From Minisyncoccota bacterium (GTDB taxonomy: Bacteria > Patescibacteriota > Minisyncoccia > Phycocordibacterales > GWA1-40-21): a stretch of 64,000 nucleotides of DNA. The stretch covers positions 37,590 through 101,589 of the forward strand of contig JBAZYH010000001.1 of assembly GCA_041659365.1 (NCBI GenBank), in the 5' to 3' direction. The translations under genes and the position numbers were made by a program. The notes below the pieces were generated by a model. It ran no database searches, was not told where the DNA came from, and saw only the letters and a list, made by a program, of their open reading frames with translations. Below are positions 1-9,703 of this stretch, in pieces (position 1 is the stretch's first letter; the number at the start of each line of letters is the position of its first letter).

Positions 1-532
1 TACTTAATAATCTCTTAGCGAGGTCTTCCAACGAAAAAGCAAACTCGAAAACAAATCCGCCTAAATTGTCTACGAAAATCCATTTGTAGAAATCCTCGGC
101 TCCGCCGAGGTTAACAAGAGTATCTTTTTTCTTTTTGTCCTCGTGGAGATAATGTCCGTAAAACCAATCATCAAGAATATTTTTAATCGTTTTGCTTTCC
201 TTTACCGGAATACCAGCAGGAAAACTGATTGTTAAATTTTCATCGTAATCACTTTGGCATTTTTGCAACTCTATTTTTTCGTCGGGCCTAACATATTGCA
301 TAAAAACAGGGAACATTTTCTTAAAACTTGTAGGTTCGCTTTCCATGTAAAGCTTTCGCACATCAAGAATAAACGAGCGAAGCAATTCCTCATTGGGTTT
401 TTGAGCATTTGGCCGCGAGTAGATAATATCGAACAGATTATTTTTCTGAAATTCCGCCATAAATGGTCGGGCGCGTATACGCCCGACCAAATCAACAAAA
501 TCAGTTATTTTTTTGCGGTCAGAATCTATCAT
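1..532 (-). CDS. hypothetical protein, partial (runs off the left edge; absent from the ORF track)
   Basis: Manual translation MIDSDRKKITDFVDLVGRIRARPFMAEFQKNN...LAKRLLS is open to position 1. ATG overlaps the upstream stop (ATGA); alternative ATG at 538. Confidence 0.7.
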   Translation of the reverse strand, partial: MIDSDRKKITDFVDLVGRIRARPFMAEFQKNNLFDIIYSRPNAQKPNEELLRSFILDVRKLYMESEPTSFKKMFPVFMQYVRPDEKIELQKCQSDYDENLTISFPAGIPVKESKTIKNILDDWFYGHYLHEDKKKKDTLVNLGGAEDFYKWIFVDNLGGFVFEFAFSLEDLAKRLLS

Positions 533-918
533 CGGCATCCTATTATTTTATTTTTAATCCACTTAAATACATCAAATTTATTTTTTACTTCGATAAATTT
601 TTGATTATAGGTTTTATTGGAATCCAGTTTTCCTAGTTCGTAATTTTTTTCTTCTTGTATTTTTCCGAGTTTTTCTTCCAAGGCAATTACCCATTCAGAT
701 GTCGTATCATAGTTTATTCTCTCATCACCCCAATTATCTAATACTTGTTTATTTTTATTGGTAAACTCAAATTCAATCTTGTCTATGCTCAAATTATTAT
801 CTTTTAAATTTTTCTCAGCAGATAATTTTTCAACTTCTCTTTTTTCTTTATCTGAAAATAAATTAAATATCATTTTTAATAAATCCATAATTACGTCTTT
901 ATCTTTTCTTACTTGCAT
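529..918 (-). CDS. hypothetical protein
   Basis: ORF 529..1002; likely start MQVRKDKD at 918, overlapping the protease stop (TAATG). No recognisable motif. Confidence 0.6.
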   Translation of the reverse strand: MQVRKDKDVIMDLLKMIFNLFSDKEKREVEKLSAEKNLKDNNLSIDKIEFEFTNKNKQVLDNWGDERINYDTTSEWVIALEEKLGKIQEEKNYELGKLDSNKTYNQKFIEVKNKFDVFKWIKNKIIGCR

Positions 919-1841
919 TATTTTACGGCCCACGCATTTAATATTCGACCTAACGATTCTATTTCGCCAAGTGTTGCATATGTGGGCATCCCAATAAAAC
1001 AATTGTTTTTTGTAAGAACCGCAATTCCGCCAGAATTTCCAGCATCAATTTTTGCCGATGTGATAAAATAATCACCGTCAATACCGGAAATAATACCTTC
1101 TGTTGCTGTAATGTCCGTCTTAGAACCTATAGTTGGATAACCCAAAACTAATACGTCATCTCCGATTTTTGGATCACCTTTTTTACAATAATTTTGTATT
1201 TTTCGTGCAATCAAATCTGAATCTGGATTATTTGGGGTTATGACAGCATTATCATAATTTTCTGAGGACAAAACGGCCCCGGCCTCTTCGCCAACTTTGT
1301 AGACTTTATCAATATCTGGGAAAGTGATCTCGCATTTATTTGGTCTATAATTATCACTACTGACTACATGTTTATTTGTATGTACAACAGGAAACCATGG
1401 CCCATAAGAACCATCGGGGTTTACGCGTCGAAGAGATTCCACCCAACCGGAACCTGCAGACATTTCCCCCGAACTCCACGCACAAACAATATAAGCCAAA
1501 CTTTTACGCCAAAAAGAAATTATTTCACCTAAACTCAACCGATCATTTTCTATATTTATCGTACTTTCTAATTGCTGCTGTTTTTCTTTCGTTGTCGCAC
1601 TTTCTTGTTTGAGTTTCTCAATCTCTGATTTCGCTTCTTCCAAAGATTTTTGTTGTGCCTCCGCTAGCTCCCGCATCTTACTTTCTTTATCTTGTGTCGT
1701 CTTCTCTTTTTCGGCTTCTGCTATTTTGTAGTTTTGGTATTGCTCCACACCGACATATCCCACACCACCAATCACAAATATACCGACAATAATAGCAACT
1801 AAAATTGGAATTTGTATAAAACCTTTTTGTTTATTTTTCAT
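918..1841 (-). CDS. membrane-anchored trypsin-like (S1) serine protease with coiled coil and pilin-like leader
   Basis: TNKHVV (His), DNAVI (Asp), IDAGNSGG (Ser). N-terminal KGF followed by a hydrophobic helix, then an E/K/Q-rich coiled coil. Confidence 0.8.
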   Translation of the reverse strand: MKNKQKGFIQIPILVAIIVGIFVIGGVGYVGVEQYQNYKIAEAEKEKTTQDKESKMRELAEAQQKSLEEAKSEIEKLKQESATTKEKQQQLESTINIENDRLSLGEIISFWRKSLAYIVCAWSSGEMSAGSGWVESLRRVNPDGSYGPWFPVVHTNKHVVSSDNYRPNKCEITFPDIDKVYKVGEEAGAVLSSENYDNAVITPNNPDSDLIARKIQNYCKKGDPKIGDDVLVLGYPTIGSKTDITATEGIISGIDGDYFITSAKIDAGNSGGIAVLTKNNCFIGMPTYATLGEIESLGRILNAWAVK

Positions 1842-1884
1842 AACAAAATTATATCATTTACACTTTAATAAAACAAAAAATAAT

Positions 1885-2664
1885 GATTTCCTATTTTGTG
1901 TATATCACGAGTTACTAAATTTTTTAAAATCAACTCCCAGTGGATTTTAAAAAGACGACGAAATATACAGGGAATCTTCCATTACATGGACAGTACAATA
2001 CGATTAATTAAAGGATTTCTATTTTGTGTGGTCAGGAATATTTTCTCGTCGACACTCAAAAATTTCACGACCCTAGCTCGTGATTTTGTTTGCTAACAAA
2101 ATATCACTGCGCTTTCCACAAACTAAAAAACCACTTTTTAAAATCAGCTCCCGGCAGATTTTTAAAAATACGTTACAGGGACGTGAGTACACTTATCTCC
2201 CTCGACTAAAACTTTTTCGTCAAAAAGTTTTGTCTGGGCACCGCCTCGCATTTTTATTTACTAATAAAAATTGGCTCCGGCGTTCGATCCATGACGTGAG
2301 CAAATACTTTTGCTCACTTCGGGTCCACGTGTATCACGAGTTACTAAGTATAATTTTTCGCTACGCTCAAATTCTACGTAAGTACTCGCGACCCCAGCTC
2401 AGTAATTTGCCTGCTGACAAATTATACCTGCACTTTCCACAAACTAAAAAACCGCAGCAGTGCGGTTTTTCTTAACGTTTGTGGACCCGACAGGGATATC
2501 GAAGCTTACAGCTTCAGTACCCCTATTGGCTCACTTATTCGTGATTACACTCTAAGTTTGGCTCAATAGGGCTTCGATCCCTGACGTAAGTGCTATTCAA
2601 AGCACTTACTTCGGGTCCACTCGAAAAACAAAAACCGCCTTAAAAGCGGTTAAGTTTTTCAGAG
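1885..2664. repeat. array of degenerate tRNA-Ala 3'-end copies and nested hairpins
   Basis: GTGGACCCGACAGGGAT at 2481-2497; inverted TTCGATCC(C/A)TG[hairpin]TCGGGTCCAC at 2283-2328 and 2573-2620; repeated CTTTCCACAAACTAAAAAACC and TATCACGAGTTACTAA. Confidence 0.75.
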
Positions 2665-2737
2665 TGGACCCGACAGGGATCGAACCTGCCACCCCCTCAT
2701 TGCAAATGAGGTGCTCTACCAAATGAGCTACGGGCCC
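2665..2737 (-). tRNA. tRNA-Ala (TGC), CCA not encoded
   Basis: GGGCCCGTAGCTCATTTGGTAGAGCACCTCATTTGCAATGAGGGGGTGGCAGGTTCGATCCCTGTCGGGTCCA: cloverleaf, TGC anticodon, G3:U70, TTCGA T-loop. Confidence 0.95.
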
Positions 2738-2754
2738 AAAAATATTTAATTATC

Positions 2755-2900
2755 AACCTAATTGCAAACTCGGGTCACAGATATTTTTTTGGTAAAAAAT
2801 TCTTCGACCCCGACTCCTTCACCTTCGTTCAGTCCGTCTTTTCACTTGGGTCCCTAACCCAAGCTCAACTCCACCACCTGAGCTAGGGCCCAATATTTAA
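2755..2900 (-). pseudogene. degenerate tRNA-Ala 5'-half copy interrupted by hairpins
   Basis: Minus strand GGGCCCTAGCTCAGGTGGTGGAG...TTTGCAAT with the same upstream TTAAATATT as the real tRNA. No T-arm or acceptor 3' strand. Confidence 0.5.
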
Positions 2901-3073
2901 CTAACAAACGAAACAAAATTACTTTTGTAACGCTTGATATATTAGCATATTAATATATTTTTTCCAAGTGATTTAGCAAAATCACAATTATATAATACTT
3001 ATAAAATTTTACTAATACAATTAGTAAGAATTTTAACGAACGACGATAATTCACAGACGTCTATAATCTACGA

Positions 3074-4063
3074 CTAATCACTATCATTCTCTATTTTCTT
3101 ACCATTTAAAGCTAGTGTAATAATATGATCTAGAAAATGAGGAAAAGCACAACCAATAGCTTCTAATGATTTGGGTAATAATGATTCTTTTGTTAGACCA
3201 GGAAGTGAATTAACTTCGAGTATATATATCCCCCTCTTGTGACTTACAATGAAATCAGACCTCGAATAATGTCTTAAACCAAGTACCCTATGGGCTTCTA
3301 CCGCCATATTTTGTATGGTCTCTTTTTCTTTTGAAGAAAAATTACCCGGACATACTTCCTCTGAACACCCAGAATATTTTTCATCATAACCCCAAAAGCC
3401 TATTTCTCTGGGCTTAAGAATCTCGATAGGTAAAAGTGGATAAATACTTTTTTCTCTAAAATTTTCTATGACACCACATGTTGCTTCCCTTCCTTGTATA
3501 AATTCCTCAACAATTAAAAAATCTGAATGTCTAAACGCCTCCTCCATGGCAGGAATTATATCTTTAACGGATTTAACAATAGTAACACCGAGAGAAGAAC
3601 CGCTACCCCCTGGCTTCACAATCGCTGGCATAGGGAATGTTTTAAAAATCTCTTGTGCTTTTTCTTCCGTATTTTCACCTTTTTTAACAACTATATAAAC
3701 AGGAGTTTTTAGTCCAGCTTTTATAAAAAAATCTTTTGCAAGTACTTTATTCATACCAATAGCAGAAGCCAGAGCTTTGGAACCAGTGTATTTTACACCA
3801 AAATGATTCATCAACTGTTGAACTTTTCCGTCTTCACCATATTCACCATGAAGAGCATTAAAAACAACATCAACATCTCGAAAAACTTTTGCAGGAGCTA
3901 CTGAAACACCATCAACATACCACCCACCATTTTTAGAAATAAAAACATCTGTGGGAATATATTTATCAGGTAAATTTTCTAAAACACTCTTCCCTGTTTT
4001 AAAAGAAACTTCTGATTCCCTGCTAGGTCCGCCACGTAAAACAGCTACTTTTATTCTTTTCAT
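3074..4063 (-). CDS. ddl: D-alanine--D-alanine ligase
   Basis: GGPSRESEVS, ALHGEYGEDG, GSSLGV and LEVNSLPGLT ATP-grasp motifs. Confidence 0.95.
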   Translation of the reverse strand: MKRIKVAVLRGGPSRESEVSFKTGKSVLENLPDKYIPTDVFISKNGGWYVDGVSVAPAKVFRDVDVVFNALHGEYGEDGKVQQLMNHFGVKYTGSKALASAIGMNKVLAKDFFIKAGLKTPVYIVVKKGENTEEKAQEIFKTFPMPAIVKPGGSGSSLGVTIVKSVKDIIPAMEEAFRHSDFLIVEEFIQGREATCGVIENFREKSIYPLLPIEILKPREIGFWGYDEKYSGCSEEVCPGNFSSKEKETIQNMAVEAHRVLGLRHYSRSDFIVSHKRGIYILEVNSLPGLTKESLLPKSLEAIGCAFPHFLDHIITLALNGKKIENDSD

Positions 4064-4142
4064 AATAATATTATATCACTTATAAAAACAAAATTAAAAT
4101 AAAATACCGCCCTCATTAAAGAGAAGCGGCATTTTCAAGCTT

Positions 4143-4538
4143 TTATTCGCTTATGGATGTAAATTCAACTTCTTTACCGATAACACTGACTTTATACAAC
4201 TTTCCAATCTCAGGAATAGCCATATACTTACGATCAGTCAGCCAAGTAAAAACATTGCAAAGTATAGGTTCCCTCTCTTTTCCCTCCATTACATCAAGAA
4301 GTATGTAAATTCCATGTATATTGCGACAATAACACAGTATTTTTACAACACGACCGCCTATTTCACCAGCGAAATCTCTTGTTGGTTTACCAAGACTTTT
4401 CTTGCTACCAGAAGCAATTCCCTTATTAAAAGCTACCCCTTTCGCGTCATTAAGGACAAGAAGCATCCCTAAAAATAAGAAAACAGCAAAGATAAAAACT
4501 GTCATAAAGACCCGAAACCAAAACATACTCATGTACAT
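4143..4538 (-). CDS. orphan protein with N-terminal TM helix
   Basis: AGGAGG SD upstream; hairpin terminator at about 4104-4133; hydrophobic N-terminus. Confidence 0.65.
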   Translation of the reverse strand: MYMSMFWFRVFMTVFIFAVFLFLGMLLVLNDAKGVAFNKGIASGSKKSLGKPTRDFAGEIGGRVVKILCYCRNIHGIYILLDVMEGKEREPILCNVFTWLTDRKYMAIPEIGKLYKVSVIGKEVEFTSISE

Positions 4539-4600
4539 CCTGAACCTCCTTTATTCAAACGTTTAAAAAACAACTCCATCGAGAATACTATATCTTTATT

Positions 4601-5932
4601 CTATTTTGTAAAGATAGACCTTTTTTCTCTATGATATTTAATAGCAAACCTATGAGCTTCACTGTTTGCAAGTAAAATATCGTTTGAATACTTTTCTGTT
4701 ATATTTTTAGATCCCAATATTGCTTTCGGTTTATGATATTCATCTTTTAAGACAGAAACAATCTCAATTTTAGATACTTCGCTCACCAAGGTCTCTCCTT
4801 TTTGAGGATTCAAGGAAAGACCTTTCTTCATTTCATTCAAAACTTTTCTAGCAACATTTATCTGAGCTTTTCCACCATCTACCACAATAATCTGAGGGAA
4901 AGCCCATTCTAAATGTTTAAACCTTCTCTCTAAAATTTCTCTCAAAGCATCAGTATCACTCCCCTTACTATTTCTTATAATAAATTTTCTATATTCATTT
5001 TTATTTATTTCTCCGTTTTCTATTACAGTCATTACACCAACATTATTTGTACCTGAAAGATGAGCTACATCATAAGCTTCAATACGAAACAGATGCGGAC
5101 TAGACGCGGATTTTATGCTGACTTGACGCGGAAAATTAAAAACATTTTCTTCATTATATTCAATATTCGACATTCTGTATTCATCTTTTATAAGAGCTAC
5201 ATCTTGAATATGATTTAGTGCGAAAATAGTTTTTTTAATATTATTTGCTTTTTCGAATTGTTGATTCTTAGCAAAAATGTTCATCTCTTTTTCAAGATTT
5301 TTTATTATTTGTTTTTTTCTACCTTCAAAAAATAATTTTATATTTTTAATGGTTTTTTGATATTCTTTCTTTGTAACCAAACCAACACAAACACCAGGAC
5401 AAAGTCCTATTTGATAATTAAAACATGGTTTATCCTGACCAATCTTACATTTATCTCTAAAAGGGAAAATTTTCCTTACTATTTTTATAGCTTCTTTAAG
5501 CTGACTTCCGTTTGTGTATGGTCCAAATTTTTCTTTAATCGAGTATTCTAATTTTTCAATATTTTCTAAATTTCTTCCACGTTCAACTAAAACTCTAGGA
5601 TAGTCCTCTTTTGTAATAACAACATAATTAAAACTCTTATTATCTTTTTCTTTTGTATTATATTTTGGTTGATGTTTTTTTATAAGCTCAGCTTCTAAAA
5701 TAATTGCCTCGAGAACTGAGTCTGTTTCTATATAATCAATTTTATCTGCAAGAAAAACCATATCCACAATAAGAGGACTTCTCATGGCTATCAAATCACT
5801 AGAAAAATAACTTTTTACTCTATCTTTAAGAGATGTAGCTTTTCCAATATACAAAATCCCTTTTCCTTTTTTGAAAAGATAGACACCAGGATTTTCTGGT
5901 AAAATATTATTTTTTATATATTGACTATTCAT
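4601..5932 (-). CDS. uvrC: excinuclease ABC subunit C (short form without C-terminal HhH; carries repeat-derived insertions)
   Basis: GIY-YIG (PGVYLF..LYIGKA), Cys cluster, UVR domain, RNaseH-like RIEAYD/VDGGKAQ/EAHRFA. Confidence 0.92.
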   Translation of the reverse strand: MNSQYIKNNILPENPGVYLFKKGKGILYIGKATSLKDRVKSYFSSDLIAMRSPLIVDMVFLADKIDYIETDSVLEAIILEAELIKKHQPKYNTKEKDNKSFNYVVITKEDYPRVLVERGRNLENIEKLEYSIKEKFGPYTNGSQLKEAIKIVRKIFPFRDKCKIGQDKPCFNYQIGLCPGVCVGLVTKKEYQKTIKNIKLFFEGRKKQIIKNLEKEMNIFAKNQQFEKANNIKKTIFALNHIQDVALIKDEYRMSNIEYNEENVFNFPRQVSIKSASSPHLFRIEAYDVAHLSGTNNVGVMTVIENGEINKNEYRKFIIRNSKGSDTDALREILERRFKHLEWAFPQIIVVDGGKAQINVARKVLNEMKKGLSLNPQKGETLVSEVSKIEIVSVLKDEYHKPKAILGSKNITEKYSNDILLANSEAHRFAIKYHREKRSIFTK

Positions 5933-5995
5933 ATTTAATATGATTACATATTATCAGAAGTTATTAAACAACTCAAACAAAAAAAGGAGCTGATT

Positions 5996-6262
5996 ATGTT
6001 TTGGTCTTATGTTATGCAATCCCGCATTCTTACTGGAATACTTATCATTATTCCTGTAATTCTTTTTTTACTCTCCACGTTTGACAAAAGAGACGAAAAA
6101 AAAGAGATACTGGAACTTGAGCTTGTCGATACAAGTGATTCTGAAACAGATATGGTGGGAATAAGAAAAAAGGGAGTATTGTTTAGACGTAAACTTTACG
6201 CCGTTGCGATAGTTTTTATTATACTTTGTCTACTCAAAGAGTGCTTCTTTTGGCACTTCTGA
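5996..6262 (+). CDS. small orphan protein with two TM helices
   Basis: AAGGAG SD; two hydrophobic segments; terminator at 6269-6300. Confidence 0.65.
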   Translation: MFWSYVMQSRILTGILIIIPVILFLLSTFDKRDEKKEILELELVDTSDSETDMVGIRKKGVLFRRKLYAVAIVFIILCLLKECFFWHF

Positions 6263-6268
6263 ACCCTC

Positions 6269-6300
6269 TACCCCGCGTACACAACGCGGGGTAAGTTTTT
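6269..6300 (+). terminator. intrinsic terminator
   Basis: TACCCCGCGT-ACACA-ACGCGGGGTA followed by a T-tract. Confidence 0.75.
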
Positions 6301-6376
6301 ATTTCTTTATCATTTTTTCATAGCCCAGTAACACAACTCTGTTGCAGGATGAAGTCAGTCACAAGACAGGTTTACC

Positions 6377-8986
6377 TTACTTTTGTTTCTTATTTAATAC
6401 TCTCTTTAAGTATTTTCCTGTGAAGCTCTTCCCATTCATCGCAATATCTTCAGGAGTACCTTTTGCTATAATTTGTCCACCTTTATCTCCACCTTCTGGA
6501 CCAATATCTATAACATAATCAGCAGATTTTATGAGATCCATATTGTGTTCAATAACCATTACTGTATTTCCATTGTCTACAAGCTTTTGTAAAATCTCTA
6601 TAAGTTTTTTTACATCTTCATAATGAAGACCGATAGTTGGTTCGTCCAAGAAATAAATCGTCTTATACATTCCTGGTCTGTAAAGTTCTGAGGAAATTTT
6701 TACTCTTTGTGCCTCTCCACCCGAAAGGGTTGTTGCAGACTGTCCAAGCTTCAAATATCCAAGACCAACGTCATTTAGACATTTTATTCTATCGTAAACA
6801 TTGGGTATATCTAAAAAGAAATCCTGCGCCTCTTCTACAGTCATATCAAGTACTTGATGAACATTTTTTCCTTTATATTTTACTTCCAAAGTTTCTTTCA
6901 TAAATCTTTTTCCATTACAAATATCACAAGGTACATAAACCGTAGGAAGAAAATGCATTTCAACTTCTATGTTTCCATTACCTTCACAAGTTTCGCAACG
7001 CCCACCTTTTACGTTAAAAGAAAATCTATTTGCCTTCCATCCCCTTTCACGAGCCATCACAGTTGAAGCAAAAAGCTCACGAATAAATGTCCAACATCCA
7101 GTATATGTCGCCGGGTTTGAACGAGGAGTTCTACCTATTGGAGACTGATCTATCATTACAGTTCTGCTTATATATTCTGAACCAGTAAATGACGCGCAGT
7201 TATGAGTCTCCGTTGATCTCATTTTTCTCTCAAGTCTTGCCTGAAGATTTTTATATAATATTTCATATATAAAAGAAGATTTTCCAGAACCAGAAACTCC
7301 AGTGACACAAACAAGTTTACCTAGAGGAACATCAATATCCATATTTTTAATATTAAATATCTTTCCCCCTCTTATTTTTAATTTTCCTTTATCTTGATCC
7401 CTTCTTTTTTCTGGAATCTCTATTCTATCTTCTCCACGCAAATAACTAAGAGTAAGTGATCCACTTTCATTTTTCTTTGCTGTTAAAAGTTCGTCGAGAT
7501 ATCCAGTGACGACAACTTCTCCACCATGGACCCCAGCACCAGGACCAATATCTACGATAAAATCGGAAGCATACATGGTATCTTCGTCATGTTCCACAAC
7601 AATAATAGTATTACCTAAATCTCTAAGATCTGTAAGCGTTTTTATGAGTTTGTCATTATCTCTCTGGTGTAGTCCTATGGTTGGTTCATCGAGCACATAA
7701 AGCGCACCTACGAGCCCAGAGCCGAGCTGGGAGGCAAGACGGATCCTTTGAGCCTCTCCTCCAGAAAGTGTGTTTGCTCTTCTATTTAATGATAAATATT
7801 CTATACCAACATTGGTCATAAACAAAAGTCTAGAATCTATCTCTTTCAAAATAACATTCGATATTTCTTTTTCTGTTTCAGTAAGTTTTACTTCATTAAT
7901 AAAAGTTTTTGCATCTGTAATAGATTTTGCAACGTAGTCTACAATATTTAGACCATTTATAAGTATATGAAGTGCTTATTCTCTAAGTCTCGCACCCTTA
8001 CACTTTTCACAATCTTCATCAGAGAAAAAATCTTTTGTTCCAAGACCATTACACTCACTACATGCTCCATAGGGTGAGTTAAAAGAAAAAAGTCTAGGCT
8101 CTATCTCAGGATAAGAATATCCATCATAAGGGCACATGAATTTTACAGAAATCATTTTCTCTTCTTCAGGAGTTTCTATCTTAAGTAAACCTTTTGACTC
8201 ATCTATAGCTTTTTCTACAGCATCAGATAAACGCTCCTTAATAGCATCTTTTTTATCCTTAAACTCACTTATATAAAATTCATCGACAAGAACGTCTATG
8301 TCGTGTTTTTTATTTTTTGAAAGAATTATTTGATCCCTAAGCTTTTTAAGTTGACCATCTATTTTTACTGATTCATATCCTTTTTCAAGTAAATCATAAA
8401 GAAGCTGATAATATTCTCCTTTTCTTCCCACAACTACAGGTGAAAAAATTTTTATTTTATCACTTACAACTTCTACTCCAAGAATTTCCCTAGAATTCTT
8501 TGGTGCTTTAATTGCATAAACTGTATGAAAAATTGTTTCTAAGATTTCTTCCTTTGAAAGCTTCTTTATTTCTCTTCCACAAACCAAACAATGTGGTCTA
8601 CCAATTCTTGCAAAAAGAATTCTAAGATAATCATAAATTTCTGTAATAGTAGCTACTGTGGAACGAGGGTTATTTGAACGAGATTTTTGATCTATAGAAA
8701 TAGCTGGTGAAAGACCAATGATTTCATCCACATCCGGCTTCTGCATCTGATGTAAGAATTGTCTTGCATATGAAGAAAGTGACTCTATATATCTACGCTG
8801 GCCTTCCGCAAAAATAGTATCAAAAGCAAAAGATGACTTCCCTGAACCGGAAAGGCCTGTAACTGCTATCATCTTATTTCGAGGCATCTCAACTGTGATA
8901 TTCTTAAGATTATGAGTTCTAGCACCCCTTACAATAATCTTGTCAGAATTATGATTTACATCTGTTTTTGTTTTTTTTGTATTCAT
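6377..8986 (-). pseudogene. uvrA: excinuclease ABC subunit A interrupted by one in-frame TAA (7976-7978)
   Basis: The two ORFs are in the same frame and read-through gives KGARLRE*ALHILINGLNIVD, typical UvrA. Two Walker A motifs, LSGGEAQR twice, zinc fingers. Confidence 0.9.
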
Positions 8987-9118
8987 ATAACATTAAATGC
9001 CCTCTAGGTTTGCCCTAGGGGTTTATACTGAATTTATATAGTAACAATTAGTATGAAGATTGTAAATAGGTATACTTATTTTGACAATCAACTACATAAA
9101 CGATAACATAAATAAAAA

Positions 9119-9550
9119 ATGATCTATCTTAAAAAACCTAAAAAATTCAATAGCATATTTGAAGTTGTAAGTTGTTTCTTTGAAAAAGATGGAAAAATTT
9201 TACTATTACACCGCCAGGACTACAAGCCACAAGGAAATACTTGGGGTGTTCCCGCAGGAAAAGTTGAAGTTAATGAAATTCCCATAGACGCTATTACTCG
9301 AGAACTCAAAGAAGAAATTAGCTACAAAATCAATACAGATACTTTTAAACTCACTAAAACAATTTATGTAAAATATCCTAAATACGATTTTATATATCAC
9401 ATATATTATTTACCTATAACAAAAAATTTTGAAATAAAAATTGACCCAAAAGCCCACAAAGATTTTAAATGGATAACACCTAAAGAAGCTTTAAATATGA
9501 ATTTGATTCAAGATTTAGATGCTTGTATTAAAATACAATATAATATTTAA
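9119..9550 (+). CDS. NUDIX hydrolase (MutT-like)
   Basis: Nudix box PAGKVEVNEIPIDAITRELKEEI. Confidence 0.9.
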   Translation: MIYLKKPKKFNSIFEVVSCFFEKDGKILLLHRQDYKPQGNTWGVPAGKVEVNEIPIDAITRELKEEISYKINTDTFKLTKTIYVKYPKYDFIYHIYYLPITKNFEIKIDPKAHKDFKWITPKEALNMNLIQDLDACIKIQYNI

Positions 9551-9565
9551 AAATAAAAACTTTAA

Positions 9566-9625
9566 AAAATAATTATAATTTACACATATCAGCTATAGCT
9601 GATATGTGTAAATTATAATTATTTT
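9566..9625. repeat. 60-bp perfect palindrome, variant of the Cas2-like-associated palindrome
   Basis: TTTACACATAT-CAGCTATAGCTG-ATATGTGTAAA core. Confidence 0.85.
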
Positions 9626-9669
9626 AATACAAGAAGACGACTCGCAAAGCGAGTCGTCTTCTTGTATTT
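9626..9669. terminator. bidirectional hairpin terminator
   Basis: AATACAAGAAGACGACTCGC-AAA-GCGAGTCGTCTTCTTGTATT between convergent genes. Confidence 0.7.
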
Positions 9670-9703
9670 ATTTTAAAAATTTTATGAACTTTTTACTTCT
9701 ATC

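Noticed and set aside
254-604. ORFs 254..604 (+) and 271..498 (-)
   Set aside because: Shadow or alternate frames of the longer minus-strand gene 1..532.
2080-2475. 131-aa ORF with repeated FPQTKKP (also 1896..2096)
   Set aside because: Translation of the tRNA-associated hairpin repeats; no coding signature.
7976-7978. Stop-codon reassignment explaining the uvrA break
   Set aside because: The codon is TAA, the usual stop of neighbouring genes. TGA also terminates genes here (for example 17867), so code 25 does not apply.
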